A stretch of DNA of 62,662 bases, from positions 1 through 62,662 of the forward strand of contig JAAILG010001717.1 in the NCBI GenBank assembly GCA_012026655.1, in the 5' to 3' direction. Below are positions 1 through 12,766 of the stretch, piece after piece; the stretch's first letter is position 1, and each line of letters opens with the position of its first letter. The notes under the pieces are model-generated. The model saw only the letters and a program-made list of their open reading frames with translations, did not search any database and was not told the DNA's origin. Source of the DNA: Hydrolagus affinis. Taxonomy: Eukaryota. The position numbers and the translations under genes were made by a program.

Positions 1-260
1 TGCCTCCCTTCATTTCTTCTCCCAAAATGCATCACCTCACACTTCTCTGCATTAAACTTCATCTGCCATGTGTCTGCCCACTTTACCAATTTGTCTATAT
101 CCTCTTGCAGATGGCTACTATCCTCCTCACTATTTACTATTCTCCCTAACTTAGTGTCATCTGCAAACTTAGAAACTGTACTCCCTACACCCAAGTCCAG
201 ATCATTGATGTAGATTACAAAGAGCAATGGTCCCAAAACCGATCCCTGTGGCACACCACT
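1..260 (-). mobile_element. CR1-type LINE reverse transcriptase fragment
   Basis: Minus strand reads SGVPQGSVLGPLLFVIYINDLD..SKFADDTKLG..WQMKFNAEKCEVMHFG and runs off the window edge. Confidence 0.9.
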
Positions 261-266
261 GCTCAT

Positions 267-451
267 GTACTGTAAAGTGAATTGACTGCATATTTTATGA
301 GACAAACGTAGCAGCCAATTGCGCATAGCAGTGCCGTATAAACAATCGTGGATTGAAGTGATCAATTTAATATTTTTTTTTTTTTGAAGGAATTATTACC
401 TCCAGAAAAGTGACCAACAACCGGGTTTCTACTTACTACTAGGGAAACAGA
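267..451 (-). mobile_element. tRNA-SINE internal fragment
   Basis: Matches the body of the full-length SINE copies (gtaaagtgaattgactg..gcagccaattgcgca..gtggattgaa). Confidence 0.75.
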
Positions 452-520
452 GTAAGCGCCTTGGCACATCCTCCTGATGTGAAAGGCGCTATACAAATGT
501 AATTTTGTTGTTGTTGTTGT
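452..520 (+). mobile_element. L2 3'-tail-only insertion with (TTG)n
   Basis: aagcgccttggcacatcctcctgatgtgaaaggcgctatacaaatg followed by (ttg)n, the same tail as the L2 at 6890-7565. Confidence 0.75.
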
Positions 521-3474
521 AAGTAAACTTGTCCAACATTTCGCCCTGCTGGGAATCCAACTCAGTATTTCTATAGTGCTTTCGTGTCCGAAGGGCGTTA
601 CAAGGCGTTGGGCAGTGATATGGACAAAAGTTGAAGGTTGGGATCAGGGAGGGTAGAGAGTTGGCTGAATGCTTGGCTATAGAGGAGTGCTTTGAGAAGC
701 ACCTTGAACAAGGCAAGGGAGGTGAGTGATCTCTTCTCCAATCACTGCGGCAGAACAGTTCACATCTCTGGTTGTCGGCAGAGTGAAGGAATTGTTACTG
801 AATCTGGCTCCTGTATCAACCCACTTCTCACATGTGAGAAACAGAAGCCCAGCACAAACACAGGACAGCAGAAACACTTGCCAAAATTTAGCTCTTCAAG
901 CACTGAACTGGACATCTCCACTCAGCTCATTAACCACTGGAAACTGGAGGGAGGGTGGTGACAGCACATCCTCGTTAGCAACAAGCATAATAATGTTGCC
1001 TCATAATGTGCTGACATCTAATTAACCAGGCTTTCTTTCTCTGCACTCTTTATTTGTTTACCTTTCTTTTTTTATTTATACAAAAGACAACACTTGTGTG
1101 CTAATGTGCCTGGAGAATTTTGCATGAATATTTCTGGGTCAGAACAAGCCACATTTGGAGGAAAAAAATATATGAATTTCCAATCCACTGTGTTGACTAC
1201 AGACCTTTATTTATATGGTAATACTTTAACATATTGATTTCTAATCTTTATGTCTCACTGTACCAACATATATATGTTATATATTAGTCAAACTTCTCTC
1301 ATGCAAGAGCATGATATTATTTTCATTCCTCATTTCCCATGGGAGTACTTTTACTAGAAAGTCCTTGCATTATTGAAGGTCAAAACATCAGCTGCATGAC
1401 TAACATGTCCTTCAGTAAAATTATTCCTCATTAAATATGATTGCCTTCAACATTGAGTATTTTTTTTCAATGGAATATCCTTTGTTATTGTTTATATCTT
1501 CACCCAGATTTGTCTTTTTTTTCCTTTCTGTTTGTCATACAATAAGTCTATGTGTTTCACTTTATGTGGGTATGTGAGCAGTGTTGTGTGAATAATGCAA
1601 GATGAATCGACAAGTCTGTGGAGGTCTGAGTGTGGGAGATGTGGTTTGTGATCATGCGTACGTGTGTATTCATGTCTGTGTAAATGTCAGTGTAGAGTGT
1701 GTGTGTGTGAGAGAGTGACTGACTTAGTGTGTGTTTGTCTGTGAGGGACTGAGTATGATATAATAATAAAAATAATAATCCTTGCATTTGAGAGAGAGCT
1801 TTTCACATCTTATCAAAGTTTCAAAGTGCTTCACAGAATATACTGTAAAGTGAATTGATTCTATATTTGTGAAAGATTGTTTGTACATAATTCACTCTGT
1901 GTTCATATATTTATGTCTGTGTGTATGTATGTGTGTGTGGTTCACTGACGTACGATGCTAAAGAGTTGGCAAAATTGATCAACGTTTCTGTTTGTATTCA
2001 GCTTGATTCTAGATAATTCAAAACACACGTCGGATGGGAAGGAAAAAAATCTCCATTATCCTAGACCTTTCTCTCCCTCCCTCTCTCTCTTTTTTCTGGC
2101 AAAAAAATAAGTGCCCCACTTGAACAGACTTAAGAACGAAGACACTACCAATTCGACCAGATCAATTTCTGCCAAAATAGGGGGAAAAAAGGATGATGTA
2201 AACACAAACACATCATAGATGCAAGATGCTGCCTTGTCTGTCTCTGTCTGTTTACAAAAAATATTTCTGTTTCTAGATCAGATGGGAGAGCCTTTAGCCT
2301 TTTGCCGAATGTGTTAGAAGCCAATGCGTTAGCATTCACGTAGGTATATTTTTTGGAGCAACAGGAGTGTCTGTTACCCCTGTTCAAAGCTTAACAGCCT
2401 GAACTAAACAGATTTCAGTGTCAAGCGATGCTCCCTTGCTGATTTTAGCTGGAATCTGATCAACAGTCAGTCCCTGGTACATTTCTCCCTCTCCTGGCGC
2501 ATTTACCATCCACTGGAGTGTCACCTTATCTTCTGTTGACAGCGTGTTTACTACACCAAGCTCGAATGCATAATAAACATTCAATTTGAAAGAGCTATTT
2601 GGCTCTTTTTTTCTCATATATACATAAAAAATACACACAGAACGCATCGTTGGCGGTGCATTTTTTGAGTAATGCATATAATCACACGCTTTGCTCGGCA
2701 TTGTTTGCCGGTTGCAACAGTTGGAATTTATTTTTTGGCAGCAATTCACGCATCGCACACACTGCACGGCGCTTAGACAATAATGACATATCCTGCAATG
2801 CTTTGCAAAATACACATCTCTCGGCACAAACAGAAAATAACCACACGCTGCATTGCTCAAGACATAATGGTAGCTTGCACCACACAGAGAAAATACCGTA
2901 CCCTGAAGTAAGTGTCCTGAACAGACAAACCACATATTATGTATGCCTTATAAGGTGCGAAGAATAAAGTAGGAGGAGAAGAACATTGTGCTGTCAAATA
3001 AAAAAACAATAAGTATAACATAAAACAGGTCAATTATACTACTACTACTAGTAATAATCCTTTGAAAAAATGCTCTTCACATCTTTTAGATGTCTCAAAG
3101 CGCTTCATGGAATATATTTTAAAGTGAATTGACTGTAGTATACTATGTCAATGCTTACAACTTTCATAATGTGTACATGTAATACATGTTCTACTGTAAC
3201 CTGGGGGACTATCTTCATATATTTCTTGAGTGGCTTTGCACCCAGGTACTACCAGGGCCATGTGCAACACAATTTAATTTCTGGAAGAAATACTTAAGTT
3301 ACCTACAGTTGAGTAGGTGGGCACCAGCTTGTGGAGAATATGAAAGATCTCGCCTACTTCTCTGAATTATTAGATAGTTTATAGCTGACTGCCTGAACTG
3401 TTAGCGGCCTCACTGTCTCAAATTTTTTTTGCAGGCTACTTAGACATTATTTCTACAGTATTTATGCTGGTGCA

Positions 3475-3635
3475 GTCATAGCACGCTTGGCTCTGAGTCA
3501 GAAGGTATTGTATTCAATCCACACGATGGGAATCACATCGTCTAAGATGACATTCCAATGCAGTGCTGGGGTAGTGTTGCATTGTCAGAGATGTGGTCCT
3601 TTGAATAAGATATTAAACTGAGTTCCTATCTCAAT
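3475..3635 (+). mobile_element. Deu-domain SINE relic (AmnSINE1/SacSINE1-like)
   Basis: gacattccaatgcagtgctggggtagtgttgcattgtcagagatg..ctttgaataagatattaaactgag resembles the recalled DeuSINE core. A tRNA-like head precedes it. Confidence 0.6.
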
Positions 3636-3707
3636 TCACATAGTGTCATAGGATCATTTTATTGTTCACCTGATCAGGCACATCGAGCCTTAGTTTAATG
3701 TTTCATC

Positions 3708-3923
3708 GTAAAGTAAATTGACTGTATATATGTGTGCGAAACCAGGCAGCCAATTGTGCACAGCAGTATCCCCCACACAATTGTGGATTGAAATGAACAA
3801 TTTTTTATTGAGGGTTTATTATTAGGCATGTGGAGCAAGGAAGCTTGCCGCAAATTTTGCCCTGCCTGGAATTGAACCCAGTTCTCTTGCTATTAAGGTG
3901 AGTGCTCTAACCACTGAGCTACA
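3708..3923 (-). mobile_element. tRNA-derived SINE (head and body)
   Basis: Minus-strand A box TAGCTCAGTGG and B box GGTTCAATTCC plus the family body. Confidence 0.85.
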
Positions 3924-6889
3924 GTACAGGATACTTGTCTGATATGGAGTTTGCAGCTTCTTCTTGGAAAGGTGCATCTTGATCATCTAATCGCAATGGT
4001 TTAATCCAAAGTGTAATTTAGGATGGTGGGGTACCAACTAAAACCATGCTTCCCACTGTGTGTCAGGTCACCCTACCCCCAATTAAAGCTTTAGCTTTGC
4101 AAGATTAAGTGAAGCGACTGACTAGTCTTCTCCTTCTGAAACCTACTAATGAGCCAGACTGATTGGTCTGTCGTGAACAGTCCCTTGGAGTACTGTGACT
4201 CAGGAACTGGCCCAACAAGACCACCAGAGAGGATTGTGTTGAATCTGACATTCAATTGCTATGCATGTCACATTGGAGACAACCCAATCCCAAATATACC
4301 CTGCTCCTTACCTCCCACCCTCTCCCAAACCATCACATTTCTTTGCCAACTTTTTGTAGTTGGGAATCCATCTGACTCTTCCTATACTTGCATGTTCAGA
4401 TGGACGATATCTGTTTGATTCACAGACAGACGCAGTGTTGGGCACGGCTTGGGGGCCTGCATGTATGTATGCATGTATTATGTATAGACCAGTTCCAAAT
4501 AAAGCTATCAAATCGACAGCTTCATAGCAGTTCCTAAATGTTAAAGGTCTTCTAGGTACACATAAAAGGGACTGTCAGAAGACAAAATGTCACAGAGTGA
4601 AGAAAGACTGCCTTGCGTGATAAAACCATTTGCGGACAAAAAAAAATGTCACGATGGCAGAACGGTTCATTGCTTGTAACACTCCACCCTGCATCACCGT
4701 TTTCAATATTGACAGATAATCGTACTTAAAGGTGGAAACAAAACGCAGCTCCTTGTATTAGCTGGATTACAGCAGGTGCTGCCAGCAACTACAAGTCATT
4801 TCACTGTCTGTGCTCCTTGTCAGCTCGGAGCTGTGGAATGGCAGAACCCATGGCAATGTGATTTCACTTGCAATCCCCTGTGTGCCTGCTCTTAAAAAGG
4901 GCTCTTGACAGCCTATTATAACAGTCTCTGCAAGCCAGAGACCTTTGATGAGAAGCAACAGATATGTCTGCTGTTGTCCCATAGCAAGAATGCATCTGTG
5001 TGTGCGGGGGTTGGGGGGAAGGGGAGTTTGGGGGAGAGATTTTCATACAGTTAATGCAAGGTGTTGAAGATAATTTTCCATTCCAAATAGGCAGATTGTA
5101 GGTTTATTTCACAAGTGGTGAGTGGTTGCTAATCATACAGAAGTGACCAGGTTCTGTAAAATGCCTCGTGAATGCAAATCGATGGGGGAGGACATGGTGG
5201 GGGTGGGGAGAGAGAGAGAGAAAACTGGAACAAATGGATATTACAATAAGTACAGTATGAAACCTTCATGAGCAAGAGAGGCACAAGCTGCAACTGTGAT
5301 TGATGAGCGTTTTACACCAGGAGCAGAGTCAGGCTGAGGCACACGGTGTGTCAGGAATGGATCAAGAGCGCCATCCAGCGCTCCCAAGAGGAACTGGTGC
5401 TAACTTCTCACTCAATCAGACAGCAATCGTTCAGATCCAACGCGGAAAATCGGTTGATGTCTATTCAAATGTCAAAAAGTGTTGCAACACAGACAGACAA
5501 TGGTCTTGTGCATTGATCGGATTGCTGTACACAGCACTGGAACATCTGATCAGACTCTCTCTCTCTCTCTCTCTCCTTGGAAAGAAGCACACAGTTGAAT
5601 GAATTCACTGTGTGGTGGTCGCCTGTGTGTTATGTGGATTAGGTTTGCAGACTCGGGAAGCCTCTGGATTTTGCCACATCCTGAGCCTTGGTTGGACACG
5701 ATAGTCTCCGTGTGTGTGTGTGTGTGAGGTGCTGCAGGCAACGTACTGAACCGCTGTGACTGACTCCTTCACATCAGCTGTGACAACTTCAGCAGGGGCA
5801 GAAGCCATGGATGGGCATTTCTGAGAATGTTTGCAACACCCAGGGAGATGCTATTCTCCTGCAAATCAGTCCAGTGTGATTTGTTAATAAGTTGTCAGTG
5901 AAACATCCAGCAGGTTAGCTGCACTCATCACACAAAACCGTTGACTCGCTCATCTTCAATATATCTGCCAGACTGCAAATGTGAAAGCAGTTTTAGGTTC
6001 CACTGTTAATCTACTGTTTCCAGGTTTGGCAAACACCTTGGATGGAACATTTCCAAATTGGAAACTGGACACTATGTAAAACACACAGACAATCCTTTTT
6101 TATTTGTTTGTTTGCTTCCTACTGCTCTACTACATTGTATTAAAAAAAACTTTGATTTCAAAGGTTTTCAATGCAATCTTCATCAGCAAAACAAAATCCT
6201 CGCAATTCAAAACATGATATTTTCATTTTCCAACTCCATATTATCCCCAATATGTTCGGCTACAAAATACACAGTCAATTCACTTGACAGTCTATTTTGT
6301 GAAGCGCTTTGAGACATCTCACCAACAAGATAAGGCACTATATAGAATGCAAGGAGTATTATTATCATTATTGTTATTATTCTATACTGCTCCCAGTCCA
6401 GATTCAGACATGCAAATGGTGTAACCCTGAATTGTTTTCTTAACAAGTCATCCTGCTGCTCAATTAGAAACCATTATCTCAATTCTGTATTTGAGTGTTG
6501 AATTTTTATGCTAACTATTTGGTGGTTTATTTCCTAATGAGAATTAAATGACAGCCCACAGTCTCATTACTTCCAAACCAGAAGCAATAATGCAAGTGGT
6601 CCTCACATACTTTCACAAGAACCAAATTAAAAGATTATTTAAAGAGCCAGTTTCAACATCTTCGGTATCTTCCATTATCAAGCAAATTGCATAGAATTAC
6701 AACGACATGCAATTAATTTCAATTCATTGTAATTCATGGAATTAAAAATGAAATGTGAAATATTTATTTAGATTTTTTTGCTTTACTGTGCACAGTATGA
6801 GTTGACGGTAATTTGGGCATCATGTTAACGGGGGCAATTTTGAAGTCCATTAAAAAATAAATTGTGTCTTACATCCACATGTTCAAGAT

Positions 6890-7565
6890 ACACGGGATAG
6901 CATGCACATTCCACCTGCGCAACATTGCCAGGCTCCGCAATTATCTTACCCCCCACGCTGCCGAAACACTCGTGCATGCGTACATCACCTCAAGGCTGGA
7001 CTATGGTAAGTCTCTCCTCGTCGGCCTCCCCAGTTCCTCCATTCACAGACTGCAGGTCATCCAAAACTCTGCAGTCCGTGTATTATCCCGCACCCGCCTC
7101 CGCGACCATATAACCCCCACCCTCGCCTGTCTCCACTGGCTCCCCATCCTCCAGAGGATCGAGTTCAAGATCCTCATCCTCATCTTCAAGGCCTTAGATG
7201 GCCTTGCCCCGCCCTACTTAACCAATCTACTCTCCCCCTACAAGCCCACCCGGACCCTCCGTTCAGCAGGACTTGTCCTGCTCCAAGCCCCCCGCCCGAA
7301 CCGCCCTACCATTGGAGGCCGGGCNNNNNNNNNNNNNNNNNNNNNNNNNNNNNNNNNNNNNNNNNNNNNNNNNNNNNNNNNNNNNNNNNNNNNNNNNNNN
7401 NNNNNNNNNNNNNNNNNNNNNNNNACCTCCCCTACGTGTTTCACCCCTTCCCGAACACTCCCCTCCCAGCTCGGGTCACACGCCTCCTGTGCAGCGCCTT
7501 GGGACGTCCTCCCGACGTGAAAGGCGCTCTATAAGTGTAATTTGTTGTTGTTGTTGTTGTTGTTG
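6890..7565 (+). mobile_element. L2 (LINE2) 3' fragment containing the assembly gap
   Basis: [64 protein letters not shown] is the L2 ORF2 C-terminus. It ends in a stem-loop and (TTG)n. Confidence 0.92.
7325..7424. other. Assembly gap (100 N)
   Basis: Run of 100 N inside an L2 copy. Confidence 0.99.
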
Positions 7566-10500
7566 TCCCTGTTTGGTAAAGTTAATGTCCTGCCACACTA
7601 ACACGTTTAGTGAACTGAGTTACGCACTTTCCATTAAAGCGTAGCACTAATCAGTACACTAATCAGTTCAACTGGTTGCTAAATCGTCTTCCCCCAATCC
7701 CCACCCACCCCCTTACACACACATCACCCAGATGTCAGAGAGAAAGGCAACCACATGAAATGCTTTAGCAGTAAACCTTTAAGAAACAGGCCAATAAACT
7801 GCTACTATTGAAATATCTGCTGTCAAATGTTCAATCTGTTTTTTTCATTACCCATCTGTGGTGCTTACTGGTTACCAATGAGGCTGAGGTAGTCTGGTTG
7901 GAAATGGTGGCGAGGTAAATGTGCATCTCTCGAGGGAAAATTATCATAGGGGAGTTGTCCTGCCCTCATTTTGATTTACGGTCACTTTCTCCCTCCCCCT
8001 GGCTTGGCCTCGGGCTCCGCCATTGCCAAGAGCTCCGAGATGCCGATTGGTGTGGAAGGCGTTATACAAATGCAAGTTGTTGTTGTTTACAACCGCAAAT
8101 GAGGGAAGCAAATGAAATAATACATAAAAGGATCTAAAACCCAGAGAACCATACTGATTCAATCTTCTCCCAACTCAACAACCTATTTAATTATGATAAG
8201 ATAAGAAATGGAAGTTGTAGTAACACACACACACAACAACTTGTGTCTATCTTGGGATTTGAACATTTACATATGAACATAAGAAAAGGGGCCATTTAGC
8301 CTTTCAAGCTTATTCCACCAGTTTATTTGATCATGGTAGATATTTTAATTTATGTCGCTATTTTTTCTCCCTCTCCCTTAAAACCTATACTTCCCAAGTA
8401 TCTATCTCCCTTTTTAACATCTCGTCTGATTTTGCCTCTGCTACCTTCTGAGGCCGTGCATTCAACATTTGCATCGACTGCCACATCATTTTTTTTTCTG
8501 ATACCACTTCACTCAATCCAAGCTCTAATTTTAAGATTATGACCATTGTTTTCGATGTTAGATAATGTTGAATCATCCATGTGAGCAAAACTGCTGAGTT
8601 AGAGTCTGTTAGACAGTGAGAGAATGGAACGCTTTCCTGTTCAGGTAAGTTAGTTTGTTTTCTGTTGGTGCCTCGGTGTTACACGAGAGCAAAAAGCACT
8701 CTGTTTCCACAAGAGTATAAAATGCTGCCATCTCTGTACTTGTCTCTGTGGAAACCCCCTGGCACTCCTCAGCAAACTATCAACGGATGGTCAGCTACAG
8801 GACACTTGGACTGATGATACCAGGTCTCCGGAGGGAAATCTAAAGAAAGCCGTCGCACGGAAATTCAGTTCTGTTGTGCCTTTCACAGCCATGGGCAAAG
8901 TGGTGCTGACTATTTGGTGGGAATGGACCCCCAGGTCCTCTCCCACCATATGAAACAGCTTTGCAATTGTCTCACAGCAAGACCTCAGCCTTTCCTGACA
9001 GAATTCATCGGTGTAGTCCAGATAGGACATATTTCCAAATGAAAAAAGACATTTCACACATTCGCTGTATTCTGCAAGGAAACGGATATTTGTCTCACTT
9101 TCCATTTTATTGTATGTCGTGCCATTCACATAAAATATCTCAAAGTAATCCTCCGCACTTCCTCAGGATGTTCCTATTCTTTCTTATATAGTCTCAAGGT
9201 CTTTCAGAAGAGTTCTGGACCAATTTGTGCCAATAAGCACAAATTCCTGACAGTTCCTGATTGAAAGCATAACCCTGATCAATTCCTTTGAGTGGCAGAT
9301 CTTCACAACCCTCTGTACCTAGTACTTTGCAAATCTGTGAATGGAAGAAAGCAATCTATCTTTGCAAGACAGACAATGACAAATTGTTGCACTTTACTGC
9401 AAAAGTATTCAGTATTACCTTCTCCTTTACTATGCTAAGTGTTGGGGTGTTTTGTGGGAGTAAAAATATAATGTTTAAAAATGTTTTATGATTAATATAG
9501 ATGCAATGCTGCATTTTGCACACTACAATGAGAGGTATCAATATGTTAACTGCTTTTGTTTTTTTTAATGGTGATCAGAATTGCTATGTCTGGAAAAAAA
9601 ATTGTGTTATTTCAATATTCGCCTGCAACATGCTAAATTTATTTATTCTAATCACTTTCTTTGAATCTTATTAGAATTTGCTTTGAGCCACTGATTAGAA
9701 CTTCTCTCAGGAAGTAATTGCACTGGTGTGGAGTTCCCATGGCTCAGAGTGACGTATTTCAAGCGAATGGTTCCCATTTGCATGACTTGGTTCCACTGCT
9801 AACAAATTGTACAAATTAGACTCTCAGGATGCAGCATTGCTAAACGTGTTCGTATGTAAATCAGTTTAAATTACCTGTAACATTTTTTGATTCTTTAAAC
9901 AGAAAACATGTCTATATTCTCTTCTGCCTTCAATTTAGCTTTCAATCCCTTTTCTTATTTCTATGTGCAACATTTGTGTATTGCTTTTGATCCATCAAAT
10001 ATTAGACATAGATTTAAGGTAGTTACTAAAAGAACAGGACCTTGTTAGGCATGGAGTACCGTACTTAGGATGGAGGTTGTGATGTGGAATTAGAAAAAGA
10101 GAAAAATATTAAATATGTTCAAGCAACCACCTCCATTTTGCAACCACCCCATGTTAACAACTGCCCTGGAACAACCGGGTTCATCTATAAGCCATTATAG
10201 AGACCAGCCTTACACTGTGTAAAGGCCACTTTGGCCCTGCAACCTGAGCAGTTGTTGATGTCAGGTTTGATTGTAATAAGAATCCTTATACAGTATTTGG
10301 TTCAGTGCCTTTCACTTCAGCAGAACATCTCAAAGTACTTCACAGGATATACTACAAAGTGACTGTGTTGTGAGAAGAAACATGACTTGCCTTCTCTGTG
10401 CTGAAAAGTTACATGTTTCCACAATTGTTCCACAGTACTGTTCAAGTTAGATACAATCAAGGGTGTCTTCACTTTTGGTAGTGACAACATATAAATTATT

Positions 10501-11521
10501 TCTCCACACAATACAGTCCTACACTTGACTCCATTTCAAATGAGTGTGTTTGGCATAGTGCACCAAGATAATATGATGCACTATTGTATTAATATGTATT
10601 ATTGTATTAATTGTATTAATATGATGATATGATGCACTAGTGTATTATGTTCAATATACATAATACACAATGCACCAGGTTTGGAGAGAATCATCAGCAC
10701 TATTACACGATACCTCTGTGTGTATTAGTATTTTATACATGTTTGCCTATTAAATACACAGTATATTCACAGTATATTCAGTGTAGTACTTTAAGATGAC
10801 CTCTGCAAATGAAAGATAATATAAGAAAATCTAAGGACTATTGTTGTTATTAATTTAAAAAAGTTAATTAGGGAATTTTGTCAGATTTGAAAAATTGGCA
10901 ATTCAAATTGTTTGGGATTTAGCATGTTAGTGTTGTTAAGATTTCATCCAAGTTAATTTTCAACACGGGTATACATACTATGCCATGTAACAAACAGTTC
11001 AGAATGTGCAGAGTGGCTCCAATTAATTAGATCCAAGAATTACCCATTTCATCCTTTTGATCCATGGGTCAAACAATGCAAAAATAAAGATCGAAATCTG
11101 AAAACTGCTGTTAATAGCACACAAATATATTTCAACATTTGGACTGCCATTTCCTAAATGGTTGCTAACTGGATGTAAAATCTGAATGTCCTCCCATTGT
11201 TTCATTGTTTCTCCCATATTTCAGCAAGTCTCTACACTCAGCAGGGAGCTTCTCAGGTGTTGCCATGTACAGATGTTGCCACATCTGTCATTGAGCGGGC
11301 TCCATGGGGAATAACATTGATCGGCACCCAGCCCTGGATGTCAATCTGAAACCATGCGAGGTGGTAAATGTCAGTAGTTTGTGGCTGAGCCAAACAGTGT
11401 AAGGGGTTGAATTAATATCAGCAGAGACATGGTGGTTTCAGCCCTGAAAAAATTTGACACTTAAAATACTTTAAATTGTGTTTCCTAGATGTAGCTTTTT
11501 CACTATAGAGTAAATGCTATA

Positions 11522-12027
11522 CAAGGTCCGTCTAAAAAGTAACGGGACTGACATCACAGAAATTTTATTCAAAAAAATATCATGAAATCACAGCTTGTCC
11601 CCTTCAAAATAGTTTCCGTCCAGTCTCACACACTTGTCCATCCTCTTCTTCCACGCTTCAATGCGGACAACAGCTTGGGGACCATCTTTGCGCACACCTT
11701 GCGCATTTCGAGAGGACCAGAAACAGCGAAGAGTCATTGTCTGTCAAGACATTATCGACCGCCTCGAGGACGATCCAGACCTGCTCGGGAGTGATCAAGG
11801 GGACCCGATTTCCTGCTGTGGAGGCCATCAAAAGGGCCGTGACGACGGAGCTCCGGAGGATTCCAGAAGAAGCCTTCCAGGGGTGCATTGAAGCGTGGAA
11901 GAAGAGGATGGACAAGTGTGTGAGACTGGACGGAAACTATTTTGAAGGGGACAAGCTGTGATTTCATGATATTTTTCGGAATAAAATTTCTGTGATGTCA
12001 GTCCCGTTACTTTTTAGACGGACCTCA
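11522..12027. mobile_element. Non-autonomous mariner derivative with 143-bp inverted arms (fold-back MITE)
   Basis: TA on both sides. Arms 11522-11664 and 11885-12027 are reverse complements with about 4 mismatches. Contains mariner transposase peptides EDQKQRRVIVCQDIIDRLEDDPDLL, KGTRFPAVEAIKRAVTTELRRIPEEAFQGCIEAWKKRMDKCVRLDGNYFEG and, on the minus strand, MRKVCAKMVPKLLS. Confidence 0.93.
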
Positions 12028-12219
12028 TATGCTGGGAATTGAGGGATGTAATTTTCAATGTTGCTGCCTGGCTGGGAAGCCCTGGACAGTTTGATTAAAA
12101 TGCTGCTAATGCAGAGAATGACGTTCAGTAGGTTTCCTAGTAACAATGGGCATCTATGTAATTCTATGGCCTCCTAATAGCAGAAACATTTTCTGCAGTC
12201 AGATTCGCAGTTAATACAT

Positions 12220-12640
12220 GACCTTTTTCTTCCTGCCACTTCCTCCCTTCCTCGCCCACAGGCACTGACTCATCCTGCTGTACAGCTCCGCAGGCCCTAA
12301 CAGCTCTTCAGTATCAGACACAAGTGTGAGCGCAGACAATGAATGCATAGCGTTAAGCTGTCTGGCTGCGGGTGGCATCACAGCCAAGCACTACCTTGTC
12401 CTTTCGTGCAACCCGAGCAAAAGCGTTCCCCACCAAAGGTCATCGGGCAGCAATCAGGATAAAAAACCCTATCTGACATTCCCTTTCATGTCCAGGTCAA
12501 TTGTAGGACCTCTCCTGAGACTTAGCTGAAAATAAGCTAACTCCAACATATGGACAAAATAATTGAACATGGACCTTTTTTTTTTGCATGCCAACACTTG
12601 ATTGAGAGACCCATTTGCCAACTGAGCTACTGGGGAAAGT
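12220..12640 (-). mobile_element. Ancient SINE-like repeat (second family)
   Basis: Minus strand starts with a tRNA-like head (ccagtagctcagttgg..ggtccatgttcaat). Shares ggacaagg..gcttggctgtgat(g/a)cc with 56117-56151. Confidence 0.45.
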
Positions 12641-12766
12641 TTGATATAGTTTGAGATTTTTTTTTTTAATCAGCTTTTAACATTTTTTTTGAAAATATTT
12701 GAGATTATAAATCTAGCCCCACCACCACCATCACCATCATCAAAACCAATGTCAATTTGTGAATTT

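Noticed and set aside
10560-10790. Short AT-rich tandem duplications
   Set aside because: Consistent with slippage. No regular repeat-spacer structure, so not CRISPR-like.
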